NCBI GenBank assembly: GCA_034422655.1
Contig: DAOUJN010000039.1
Span: forward strand, 80,937-144,936
DNA: 64,000 nt
Source of the DNA: Dehalococcoidia bacterium
GTDB lineage: Bacteria > Chloroflexota > Dehalococcoidia > Lucifugimonadales > UBA3495
Direction of reading: 5' to 3'
How positions within the stretch are numbered: the first letter of the stretch is position 1; every line of letters starts with the position of its first letter. Shown piece by piece: positions 1-8,921 of this stretch. Below the pieces are notes generated by a model that was not told the origin of the DNA, ran no database searches, and saw only the letters and a program-made list of their open reading frames with translations. The translations under genes and the position numbers were made by a program.

Positions 1-65
1 TAAATTAGGCAAAGCAACGGGGTCACTCCCTCTAAGGGGTGTGTCATCCGACCAGGGAGATGTGT

Positions 66-1607
66 ATGAAGTACGACGTAATCATCATTGGGGCGGGTTC
101 GGCGGGCAGTGTGCTGGGTACGCGGTTGTCGGAGGAGCCGGACCGGTCGGTGCTGCTGCTGGAGGCGGGGCCCGATTACCCTGACTTTGACCAGATACCC
201 GACGATGTTAAGTACGGGTACAACACGGCCAGGGCCGTTGCGGGGCCGCACATGTGGGGTTACCGGGCCAAGGCGAGGCCGGAGCATGACAGTACCTTTC
301 ACCTGCCCCGGGGCAGGGTTATAGGCGGCAGCAGCGCGGTCAACGGGCAGGTATGGCTGCGGGCGGTGCCCGAGGACTTCGATAACTGGGTGGAATGGGG
401 GAATAACGAGTGGTCTTTTCAGGAGATAATGCCCTACCTGAACCGGATAGAGAACGACCTGGACTTCGGGGGCGACTTTCACGGGAACGATGGGCCCATT
501 CCGGTGCGGCGGCACAAGCGGGAGGAATGGCTGCCCACCCAGGAGGCCTTCTACCGGGCCTGCATCGAGGCGGGGTTGCCCCACTGCGACGATATGAACG
601 ATCCCGACTCCACCGGCGTGGGGCCCCGTCCCATGAACAACGTGGACGGCGTGCGGATGAGCGCGGCAATCACCTACCTGAGCCTGGCACGCCACCGCCT
701 GAACCTCACCATACGGGCGGGGGTGACGGTGCGGCGCATCCTGTTTGATGGGACTAAGGCCGTGGGCGTGGAGGTAAACAGCGGCGGCGACCGCTTCGTC
801 ATCGAGGGCGAGCGGATAATTCTGAGCGGCGGCGCCATTGCTTCGCCTCAACTCTTGATGCTTTCCGGCGTGGGGCCCCGGGAACACCTGGAGAGCCTGG
901 GCATTGCCGTGGTACATGACCTGCCCGGGGTGGGGCAGAACCTGCGCGACCATCCCCTGGTGGCCCTGCAGTTCCAGGTGCGGCAGGAGTACCTGGATGA
1001 CCCGGACACGCCCTGGAGCCAAGTGGCGCTGCGGTACACCTCGGAGGGTTCGCCAACCCGGAACGACATGCAGGTGCTGCCGGGCTGGTTTGCCGACGCC
1101 CGGGGCGGCGCGCCGGATGCCGCCGCCGGTATGCGCATGGCCCCGGCCCTGGAGAATGCTTCCACCGCCGGTGAACTGCGGCTGTCGGCCAACGATCCCT
1201 ACGTGCAGCCGGAACTGAGCTACAACTACCTGGACGACGCGGGCGACCGGGCCAGGATGAGGGAGGCGGTGCGCCTCTGCGTCCGGCTGTCCCAGTCCCC
1301 GGCCTTCTCGGGCATAATCACCGGCCGGGTAACGCCCACCGATGATGACCTGGCATCGGACGATGCGCTGGACGCCTGGATGCTGCGGAACGTCTCCACC
1401 CAGCAGCACTCATCAGGCACCTGCAAGATGGGGACGGCGGAGGACCCGATGGCGGTGGTTGACCAGTACTGCCAAGTGTACGGGGTAACGAACCTGAACG
1501 TGATCGACGCCTCGGTGATGCCCGACGTGGTGCGGGCCAACACCAACGTGACGACGTTGATGATTGCGGAGCGTCTGGCGGACTGGATAAAGGAGGGGAG
1601 GGCGTGA
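66..1607 (+). CDS. GMC-family FAD-dependent oxidoreductase (choline/alcohol dehydrogenase-like)
   Basis: ORF 39..1607. Has the dinucleotide-binding motif DVIIIGAGSAGS...LLLEAG, GGSSAVNG, and the C-terminal HSSGTCKMG...VIDASVMP typical of GMC enzymes. ATG at 66 is preferred because GGGAGA lies just upstream. Confidence 0.85.
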   Translation: MKYDVIIIGAGSAGSVLGTRLSEEPDRSVLLLEAGPDYPDFDQIPDDVKYGYNTARAVAGPHMWGYRAKARPEHDSTFHLPRGRVIGGSSAVNGQVWLRAVPEDFDNWVEWGNNEWSFQEIMPYLNRIENDLDFGGDFHGNDGPIPVRRHKREEWLPTQEAFYRACIEAGLPHCDDMNDPDSTGVGPRPMNNVDGVRMSAAITYLSLARHRLNLTIRAGVTVRRILFDGTKAVGVEVNSGGDRFVIEGERIILSGGAIASPQLLMLSGVGPREHLESLGIAVVHDLPGVGQNLRDHPLVALQFQVRQEYLDDPDTPWSQVALRYTSEGSPTRNDMQVLPGWFADARGGAPDAAAGMRMAPALENASTAGELRLSANDPYVQPELSYNYLDDAGDRARMREAVRLCVRLSQSPAFSGIITGRVTPTDDDLASDDALDAWMLRNVSTQQHSSGTCKMGTAEDPMAVVDQYCQVYGVTNLNVIDASVMPDVVRANTNVTTLMIAERLADWIKEGRA

Positions 1608-1643
1608 GGCGGAGCTTATGCGGAAAGGTGAGCACCCGGTAGC

Positions 1644-1695
1644 TTGACTGGGGACAAATTATGCGGTAGATTGTTGTCGCAATCGTTTGCAATAA
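1644..1695 (+). promoter_or_regulatory. Sigma70-like promoter TTGACT(1644)-N17-TAGATT(1667), followed by a possible Fur-family operator
   Basis: Hexamers and spacing read directly from the sequence. They are followed by the imperfect inverted repeat TTGTCGCAA-N4-TTGCAATAA (1674..1695). The operator role is inference. Confidence 0.4.
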
Positions 1696-1706
1696 CTGGT
1701 ATTGTT

Positions 1707-2189
1707 ATGACCAGCTATGAGCAGTTCTTACAGGTTTTAAGGGAACAGGGGCACCGGCTGACCCCGCAAAGGCTGATTGTCCTGCGGGTAGTAGCTGAGG
1801 GCAGCCAGCACATGGGCGTGGACGAGGTGTTCCGCGAGGCCCAGGCGGCTTATCCGTACATGGATTTGGCGACGGTGTACCGGACGCTGCGCCTGTTCAA
1901 GCAGGTGGGCCTGGTAACCGAGGTTGCTATCGGCGACCGGTTGCATTATGAGCTGACGGACCCGGGGCAGCGGCACCATCACATGGTATGCCGGATCTGT
2001 CACGGGGCCTTCAACCTGGGCCCCCACTACCTGGAAGAGTTTAACCGTACGCTGGTTGACGAGTTCGGATTTGTTCCGGACCTGGACCACTTCACCATCA
2101 CGGGCATTTGCGTTGACTGCCGGTCCAAGGGTGATGAGCCTTCGGACTTGACCCAGGAAGAAGCTGCTAATTATGGGGAAAATCAATAA
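1707..2189 (+). CDS. zur: Fur-family metal-responsive repressor (Zur-like)
   Basis: ATG at 1707 gives MTSYEQFLQVLREQGHRLTPQRL. HHHMVCRIC...CVDC supplies a His cluster plus two CxxC pairs typical of the Fur family. The stop overlaps the downstream metal-SBP gene by 17 nt. Confidence 0.75.
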   Translation: MTSYEQFLQVLREQGHRLTPQRLIVLRVVAEGSQHMGVDEVFREAQAAYPYMDLATVYRTLRLFKQVGLVTEVAIGDRLHYELTDPGQRHHHMVCRICHGAFNLGPHYLEEFNRTLVDEFGFVPDLDHFTITGICVDCRSKGDEPSDLTQEEAANYGENQ

Positions 2190-3231
2190 GGCGAAGCGTG
2201 GATTCATCGCGTCCGCGCTTCTTTGCTCCATAGTCCTGCTGCTGGCTGCAGCAGGTTGTTCATCGGCTCCGGCCGCATCCCAGGCAGTTGGGGAACCATC
2301 CGGCACGGAAGCCTCGACAAGGCTGAAAGTGGCCAGCACCGTGTCTCCCATCACCAGCCTGGCGGAGAACATCGGCGGCGACCGCATCCAACTGACCGGC
2401 ATAGTGCCCGAGGGGACCAACTCCCACACCTTTGAGCCGGCGCCCTCCGTGGCTGCCATTCTTGCGGAAGCCGACCTGTTCATCGCCAACGGGCTTTTCC
2501 TGGAGGAACCCACAATTGAGATGGCCGTGGCAAACAGGAAGGCCGGGGCCGTTCACCTGATACTTGGGCCGAAGACGGTAACCGAAGAGGAGTGGGTGTT
2601 CGACTTTTCCTTCCCGGAGGAGGATGGCCACCCCAATCCCCACCTGTGGACGGCGCCGCACCTGGCCCTGAAGTATGCCGAACTCATCCGGGACGAACTG
2701 ATGGGGCTGGACGCTGAAAACGCCGAGTATTACCAGGCCAATTACGACAAGCTGGCGACCAGCATCGAGGACCTGGACCGGAGAATAATCAGCGCGGTGG
2801 AGACCATACCCCCGGAGAACCGGAAGCTGCTGACCTATCACGATTCCTTCCCATACTTTGGCCCCAGGTATGGATTCGAGATTATCGGGGCCATCCAGCC
2901 CTCGGACTTCACGGAGCCATCGGCACGGGAAGTTGCGACGCTGATCGAGCAGGTCAGGGAGACCAGAGTGCCGGCCGTATTCGGTTCGGAAGTGTTCCCC
3001 AGCCCCGTCATGGAGCAGATCGCCCGGGAAGGCGGGGCCGAGTTCGTGGACCAACTGCGGGATGACGACCTGCCGGGTGTGCCGGGAGACCCGGACCACA
3101 CCTACATGGGGCTCATCCTGGAGGACGTCAGGATAATCACTACCGCCCTGGGGGGCGACTCGGCGGCGCTGGAGGGCTATGACCCCAGCCCGGTGTTCGA
3201 AGGGGACAGCGGCGCGGTCTATCCCCAGTAA
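2173..3231 (+). CDS. znuA: Metal ABC transporter substrate-binding lipoprotein (ZnuA/TroA cluster-9 family)
   Basis: Lipobox LLLAAAGC. Contains the motifs NSHTFEP, HPNPHLW and YHDSFPYF; the third ligand position is His, as in Zn-type members. Metal specificity is not proven. Confidence 0.7.
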   Translation: MGKINKAKRGFIASALLCSIVLLLAAAGCSSAPAASQAVGEPSGTEASTRLKVASTVSPITSLAENIGGDRIQLTGIVPEGTNSHTFEPAPSVAAILAEADLFIANGLFLEEPTIEMAVANRKAGAVHLILGPKTVTEEEWVFDFSFPEEDGHPNPHLWTAPHLALKYAELIRDELMGLDAENAEYYQANYDKLATSIEDLDRRIISAVETIPPENRKLLTYHDSFPYFGPRYGFEIIGAIQPSDFTEPSAREVATLIEQVRETRVPAVFGSEVFPSPVMEQIAREGGAEFVDQLRDDDLPGVPGDPDHTYMGLILEDVRIITTALGGDSAALEGYDPSPVFEGDSGAVYPQ

Positions 3232-3265
3232 ATCGTTATCCATTCAAGGGAATTAAGGGAAACCA

Positions 3266-4207
3266 ATGCTACATCCATTTCCCCACCAGCGTGGGGCGGG
3301 GCAGCCAATCGTAGAACTTGACAACGTAACCGCCGGTTACGAAGGCCAGGCGGTGCTTTCGGGAGTGGACCTGCGGATTATGCCCGGGGACTTTGTGGGC
3401 TTCCTGGGCCCCAGCGGCTCGGGCAAGACCACGCTGCTGCGGACAATCCTGGGGGCGACCAGGGTGTTCAGCGGGCAAGCCGTGGTCAACGGGCAGAAGG
3501 TGAACCGGCGGCGGTCCCAGGCCGGGTACGTGCCGCAACTGGAGACCATTGACTGGAACTTTCCGGTGACGGTGGAGGAGGTTGTGATGATGGGTTGCAC
3601 CCACCGCAATCCCTTCTTTCCCTGGCACCGGAGGGAGGACTGGCGGGCGGCCCGGGCGATAATGGAACGGCTGGGCATCGCTCACCTGGAGGGCCGCCAC
3701 ATCCGGCAGCTTTCCGGGGGGCAGCAGCAACGGGTCTTCCTGGCTCGGGCCCTGGTCAGCAATCCGTCGCTGCTGCTGCTGGACGAACCAACCAGCGGCG
3801 TTGACATGAAGACGCGGGACGAGGTGATGCACCTGCTCCACGAGCTTAACCACCAGGGCATCACCATTGCCATGACCACCCACGAAATAAACGCCGTAGC
3901 CGCCCACCTGCCCTGGCTGGTGTGCATCAAGGGACATATCCTGGCTGAAGGGCCGCCATCGGAGGTCATTTCGTCCGACGTTCTGCAAATGACCTACGGG
4001 GCGGAGATGCCGGTGATCGAGTACGAGGGAATGACCCTGGTGGCGGAGAGCCCCCACCACTTTGGCCGAAACGGGAACAGCAAGGCGTCGGTCAACGGGA
4101 GGAGCAAGACTCCGGGAGAGCCGGCCAGGCACGGCCACACCCACTTTGACAGGGCGGAAGGCCACGCGCACCCGGTGGCCGCCCCCGCGGCCGCTGGCGA
4201 CGATTAG
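3266..4207 (+). CDS. znuC: Metal ABC transporter ATP-binding protein with a His-rich C-terminal extension
   Basis: Walker A GPSGSGKTT, signature LSGGQQQRV and Walker B LLLLDEP. The extra C-terminal tail of about 60 aa contains 7 His (HHFG...HGHTHFDRAEGHAHP). Confidence 0.75.
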   Translation: MLHPFPHQRGAGQPIVELDNVTAGYEGQAVLSGVDLRIMPGDFVGFLGPSGSGKTTLLRTILGATRVFSGQAVVNGQKVNRRRSQAGYVPQLETIDWNFPVTVEEVVMMGCTHRNPFFPWHRREDWRAARAIMERLGIAHLEGRHIRQLSGGQQQRVFLARALVSNPSLLLLDEPTSGVDMKTRDEVMHLLHELNHQGITIAMTTHEINAVAAHLPWLVCIKGHILAEGPPSEVISSDVLQMTYGAEMPVIEYEGMTLVAESPHHFGRNGNSKASVNGRSKTPGEPARHGHTHFDRAEGHAHPVAAPAAAGDD

Positions 4208-4219
4208 GGAGTCCCGAAA

Positions 4220-5152
4220 GTGCTAGATCCCTTCAGCTACGAGTTTTTTGTCAACGGGGTAATAGCCGCTACCCTGGCCGGAGGCCTTTGCGGCCTGGTG
4301 GGGGTGTACGTGGTGCTGCGGCACATGTCGTACATTGGCCACGGGCTGGCCCACTCAGTCTTCGGCGGCGCGGTAGTCAGCCATTTCGTCGTGTTCAACA
4401 TTATCTTTGCCGGGGCGGCCGCGGGCTCGCTGGGGCGTGAGGGCCTGAGCGAGACCTACCTGTTCCTGGGGGCCATAACGTGGGGCTTTTTGACGGCGCT
4501 GGCCATAACCCTGATTACCCGGCTCAGGATTATCGGGGCCGATGCCGCCATAGGGATAATAACCACGGCCAGCTTTGCCCTGGGCATCGCCCTCATCAGT
4601 TACACACGGTCCTTCCGCGACTTTGAGGCCCAGCTTTTTGGCAACATACTGGGCGTAACGGGCGCGGACCTGGCTACCATACTGGTGGTGACGGTGGCAA
4701 CCGGGGCGGTGTTCCTGGTGTGGTACAAGCACTTCCTGTTTTCAGCCTTTGAGCCGGAGGTGGCGGGCTTCTACGGCGTGCCGACCTGGCTGACGGATAC
4801 CATATTTTCCCTGGTGCTGGCGGCTACCATCGTTGCTTCCCTGGACGTGCTGGGGGTGACCATGATTGCAGCGGCCATCGTAATCCCGCCCATCATTGCC
4901 CGCCTGCTGACCAACCGGTTCCGAACAATGATGGCGCTTTCTACTGTAACGGGCGCATTCTGCGGGTTCGGCGGGGTGTATGCCAGTTGGGCGCTGGACA
5001 TATCCACCGGCGCCAGCGTGGTCATTTTCTCCTCGGTCCTGTTCCTGATAACGCTGGTGTACAGCAATGTCCGGAGCCTGCTGCGCTCGGGGGCCGGCCG
5101 GGACGGGGCTGCAAAAGGACGGCCGCGAGGCCAGGCATCGGCGTTCGATTAA
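4220..5152 (+). CDS. znuB: Metal ABC transporter permease (ABC-3, ZnuB/TroC type)
   Basis: GTG start after AGGGAG. Polytopic hydrophobic protein in the expected operon position. Confidence 0.7.
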   Translation: MLDPFSYEFFVNGVIAATLAGGLCGLVGVYVVLRHMSYIGHGLAHSVFGGAVVSHFVVFNIIFAGAAAGSLGREGLSETYLFLGAITWGFLTALAITLITRLRIIGADAAIGIITTASFALGIALISYTRSFRDFEAQLFGNILGVTGADLATILVVTVATGAVFLVWYKHFLFSAFEPEVAGFYGVPTWLTDTIFSLVLAATIVASLDVLGVTMIAAAIVIPPIIARLLTNRFRTMMALSTVTGAFCGFGGVYASWALDISTGASVVIFSSVLFLITLVYSNVRSLLRSGAGRDGAAKGRPRGQASAFD

Positions 5153-5292
5153 CCCGCTTGCCGGGAGCGCAGGCCTGGCGATAGTGGCTTACCCTCGTCG
5201 GCGCAGCGTGTTAAACTTGGCGCAATCCTCTTCCCGAACCTACTGCAGGTCGGGAAAACGTCTTTAATCTGCCCAGGGGAGGAGGAACCACA

Positions 5293-6768
5293 ATGGCGCA
5301 TGCCCATCACCATCAAAGCCCTCTGCAGGTTTCGGAAGAGCACCGAGGCTTCCGCCGGGGCGCAGCATTCATCATTGGCGGCCTGACCAGCGGACACGGG
5401 GTGTTTCACTGGCTGACCCAGAGTTTCATTGTAGTGCTGCCGGAGGTGCGGGACCTGCTGCTGGGAGGCAGCGTCGTCGCCACCACCAGCATCCAGACCA
5501 CCAGGGAGGTGGCCTCGGGGGTAGTGTCCCTGCCCGGCGGGGTACTGACCGACGCGCTACGGCGCCACTGGGGTTGGGTGATGGCCGTGTGCATGGCCCT
5601 GTTCGGCGTGGGATGGATACTGATGGCCGCGGGCGGCTGGACGGTGCCGGGCAGCGCCTGGCTTACGGCCGACCAGTCCATGGCGGCGGGGCAGGGCTCA
5701 GGAGAATTGAACGTCCTGGGCTACCTGTTGCTGCTGTTCGGCATGGCTGTGGTGGGCATGGCGGCGTCCTTCTGGCACCTGCCGGCCGTGGCGGCCTTGT
5801 CGTCCCAGTTCAGCCACAGGCGGGCTTCCGTCCTTTCCTTCCACGGGGTGGGCGGCAACGTGGGCGACGTTATCGGGCCGGTGCTGACTGGCCTGCTGCT
5901 GTCCGTCCTGACATGGCAGGGCATCATCACCATTTACGGCGCGGTGCCCATTTTCCTGGCCTTCCTGGTCTTCTGGGCCTTCCGCGATATTGGGCAGCAC
6001 CGGCATGGCGAGGAGCAGGAGCGCCCCGCCAGCACCATGCGGCACCAGATAGATGAAACCAAAATCCTGATGCACAACGGGCGCATGTGGGGCATTACCG
6101 CAGTGGCCGGCCTGCGAGGGATGGCGTACATAGGATTCATAACGGTACTGCCGCTGTACCTGGCCGACGAACTGGGCCTGAGGCTTCAGGACGGCGAGGG
6201 CGGGTTTGAGAACCTGTTCTACCGGGGTTCGCTGATAGGTCTGCTGGTGCTGGTGGGGATTTTTGCCAGCCCGGTGATGGGTTACCTTTCGGACCGGTTT
6301 GGCCGGAAGCTGGTGCTGATACCGGGGATGGGCGTGCTGGCGGTATTGACCTTCCTGATGGCGTCTTTGGGAAACGACTTGCTGGGAATGACCATCCTGC
6401 TGGCGGGCCTGGGCCTGTTCCTGTATAGCGACCAGCCGATCCTGACGGCGACGGCCATGGACATTGTGCGGGAGGGAACGGCGGCCACCACCCTTGGGTT
6501 GATGTCCACGTCGCGGTTTATCTTCAGCGCCATCTCGCCGCTGATCGCCGGCGCGCTGTACACGATAAATCCCGATAACCTGTTCTACTACACGACGGCC
6601 CTCTACGTGGCGGCCATAGTCATACTGTTCTTCATCCGGCTGCCGCGGCCGGCGCCAGCGCCGGCGGGTGACGGTCACCACGACCACGGGCACCAGCATG
6701 CCCACGCTCCCCACGATGCGCCGGCCGAAGAGGAGGGACAGGGCCATGACCACGGCCACCGGCACTAG
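5293..6768 (+). CDS. MFS transporter with His-rich N- and C-terminal tails
   Basis: Strong RBS GGAGGAGG. Polytopic profile of about 12 TM with an MFS-like loop (DRFGRK). The N-terminus reads MAHAHHHQ. The last 33 aa contain 11 His. Confidence 0.7.
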   Translation: MAHAHHHQSPLQVSEEHRGFRRGAAFIIGGLTSGHGVFHWLTQSFIVVLPEVRDLLLGGSVVATTSIQTTREVASGVVSLPGGVLTDALRRHWGWVMAVCMALFGVGWILMAAGGWTVPGSAWLTADQSMAAGQGSGELNVLGYLLLLFGMAVVGMAASFWHLPAVAALSSQFSHRRASVLSFHGVGGNVGDVIGPVLTGLLLSVLTWQGIITIYGAVPIFLAFLVFWAFRDIGQHRHGEEQERPASTMRHQIDETKILMHNGRMWGITAVAGLRGMAYIGFITVLPLYLADELGLRLQDGEGGFENLFYRGSLIGLLVLVGIFASPVMGYLSDRFGRKLVLIPGMGVLAVLTFLMASLGNDLLGMTILLAGLGLFLYSDQPILTATAMDIVREGTAATTLGLMSTSRFIFSAISPLIAGALYTINPDNLFYYTTALYVAAIVILFFIRLPRPAPAPAGDGHHDHGHQHAHAPHDAPAEEEGQGHDHGHRH

Positions 6769-6823
6769 ACACTCGTAACGCAAGGGCGGCCGGCAGTTGC
6801 GAATACAGGGTAAATGCCTTTTT

Positions 6824-6856
6824 CCCGCACTCTGAACGGGTGCGGGATTTTTCTTT
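6824..6856 (+). terminator. Rho-independent terminator after the MFS gene
   Basis: CCCGCAC-loop-GTGCGGG hairpin followed by ATTTTTCTTT. Confidence 0.6.
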
Positions 6857-6899
6857 GCGGTGTTATGCTGGAATGCAGTAGCCGGGGAGGTGAGCGGGA

Positions 6900-8921
6900 G
6901 TGTATTGCGTCGCTTGCGGCAGGGAAATAGCTGATACAGCCAACTTTTGCCGGTACTGCGGGGCGGCGCAACCGGCCGGCTCACCTTCCGAGGCGGGCGC
7001 GCCGAGGTCGGAGCCGACGGGCACCCCGGAGGCAGCGGAGCCTCCTGAAGAACTGAGAGCGGCGGTAGCAGCGCTGCAATCCCAGGTCAGCCACCTGATT
7101 GAACGCGTGTCGGCGCTGGAGGGAACGCAGGCGGCCCAGCCGGCAGCGGTATCAAGCCCCCCCGCCGAGGGCGTTGCCCCTGACGCCTCGCTCGTTCCCC
7201 AGGGTACCGCCCCGGCGCCGGCCGTACCAGTTACGCCGGCCCGGGTTGCCCCGCCGTCTTCCACCGAAGCCGCCCATAGTGCGCCTCCGCCCCAATCGAC
7301 GGTCCTGCAAGTTGCGTCGTGGAACTGGGAATGGCTGGTGGGCGGCAACTGGCTGGCCCGCATCGGCATCCTGGCCGTCGTCATAGGCATCGGTTTCTTC
7401 CTCAAGCTGGCCTTTGACAACGACTGGATTGGGGAGACGGGCCGAGTGGCGCTGGGCCTGGCGGTGGGGCTGGGCCTGCTGGGGGCCGGCGAGTACTGGC
7501 GGAGAAAATATCCCATCTGGTCGCAGCCGGTCACCGGCGGCGGCATAGCCGTCCTGTACCTTTCCATCTTTGCGGCCTTTTCCCTCTATGAATTGATACC
7601 CGCCTGGACGGCACTGGGCTTTTCCCTGCTGGTGACGCTGACGGCGGCGGGGCTGGCCATTCGCTACGAGGCCCGGGCTATCGCCGTGCTGGGAATCCTG
7701 GGCGGTTTCGCCACTCCCCTGTTCCTGGCCGACAAACTGCCGCAGCAGGAGGCGCTTCTAGGCTACGTGCTGGCGCTGGACGTGGGTGTGCTGGCCCTGG
7801 CCACCTTCCGCAACTGGCGCTGGTTCACCCTGCTGGCCCTGGTGGGCTCCTTGGTCCTGTTCCTGTTCTGGCAGGAGGAACTGGACCCGGCGCTGGCCGT
7901 GGCCCAAATCGGGATAACCGTAATCTTCCTCATCTTCGTGGCGGCCACCACACTGTTCCACCTTGTCTGGCGGCGAGCGCCCCGGTCCTTTGACCAGGTG
8001 TTGATTGTCGTGAATGCCGCGGCCTACCTGGGTATCAGCTACCTGCTGCTGTGGGATGATTTCCGGGTCTGGATGGGGGGATTCACTTTGCTGCTGGCCC
8101 TGTTCTACGGGCTGCTGGCCTACGGCATTCTGATGCGGCACCGGGAGCAGGTAAACCTGAGCATGTTTGCCGTGGGGGTAGCCCTGGTACTGCTGTCCAT
8201 CGCCGTGCCGGTGCAGCTGGAGGGCCCATGGATTGCGCCTGCGTGGGCGGTGGAAGGGACTGTACTGGTGTGGCTGTCCTTCTTCGTCCGGATGCCGCAA
8301 CTGCGCGGGTTCGCCATAGCAGCCTTTGTGGTGGCCTTCGGGTGGTTGCTGATCGGTGATTTTCTCTGGAACCTGTTTGACAGCTATGTGTTTGGAAGCG
8401 GTATGGACGGGGAAAGGCCGGTGCTGAACGTGCGGTTCCTTTCCCACTGTATTATGATAGCCGCCGCTTACGTTGCCGCCTACCTGTGGTGGCGGGGCCG
8501 CGATGAGCTTTTGGAAGAAAGCGAGAGGTTTGCCCCGGCAGTTTTGGCGGTGGCGGCCAACCTGATCACCCTGTGGGCGTTGAGCGCCCAGGTGGTTGAG
8601 GGCGTGTACTTCCTGGCGGATGACCGGGGCAGGAACGTCTATGACCTGGGCAACATAATCAGCCTGTCGCTCAGCGGCCTTTGGACCGTGTATGCCGCCG
8701 CGCTGATAGTTGTGGGAATAGTCCGGCAGGAACGGTGGCTCAGGCTGGGTGGGCTGGCGCTGCTGGCAGTGCCGGTGCTCAAGCTGTTCCTTTACGACTC
8801 GTTTGAACTGGAACAGGGGTACCGGGTAGCGGCCTTCATCGGCCTGGGCGTGTTGCTGCTGGCCGGCGGGCTGCTGTACCAGCGTTACAGCCGGCAGATT
8901 CGGGGGTTCCTGCTTGATTAG
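6900..8921 (+). CDS. DUF2339-type polytopic membrane protein with an N-terminal zinc ribbon
   Basis: GTG start after GGGGAGGTG. N-terminal CVACG...CRYCG ribbon, a short coiled-coil-like and P/A-rich linker, then roughly 17 TM segments resembling DUF2339. Confidence 0.6.
   Translation: MYCVACGREIADTANFCRYCGAAQPAGSPSEAGAPRSEPTGTPEAAEPPEELRAAVAALQSQVSHLIERVSALEGTQAAQPAAVSSPPAEGVAPDASLVPQGTAPAPAVPVTPARVAPPSSTEAAHSAPPPQSTVLQVASWNWEWLVGGNWLARIGILAVVIGIGFFLKLAFDNDWIGETGRVALGLAVGLGLLGAGEYWRRKYPIWSQPVTGGGIAVLYLSIFAAFSLYELIPAWTALGFSLLVTLTAAGLAIRYEARAIAVLGILGGFATPLFLADKLPQQEALLGYVLALDVGVLALATFRNWRWFTLLALVGSLVLFLFWQEELDPALAVAQIGITVIFLIFVAATTLFHLVWRRAPRSFDQVLIVVNAAAYLGISYLLLWDDFRVWMGGFTLLLALFYGLLAYGILMRHREQVNLSMFAVGVALVLLSIAVPVQLEGPWIAPAWAVEGTVLVWLSFFVRMPQLRGFAIAAFVVAFGWLLIGDFLWNLFDSYVFGSGMDGERPVLNVRFLSHCIMIAAAYVAAYLWWRGRDELLEESERFAPAVLAVAANLITLWALSAQVVEGVYFLADDRGRNVYDLGNIISLSLSGLWTVYAAALIVVGIVRQERWLRLGGLALLAVPVLKLFLYDSFELEQGYRVAAFIGLGVLLLAGGLLYQRYSRQIRGFLLD

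Noticed and set aside
88-1692. Multiple 60-125-aa alternative-frame ORFs nested in the GMC oxidoreductase gene, with similar nested ORFs throughout the window.
   Set aside because: They are nested in, or antisense to, strongly supported genes. Their sequences are R/P/G-rich, consistent with a high-GC frame artefact.
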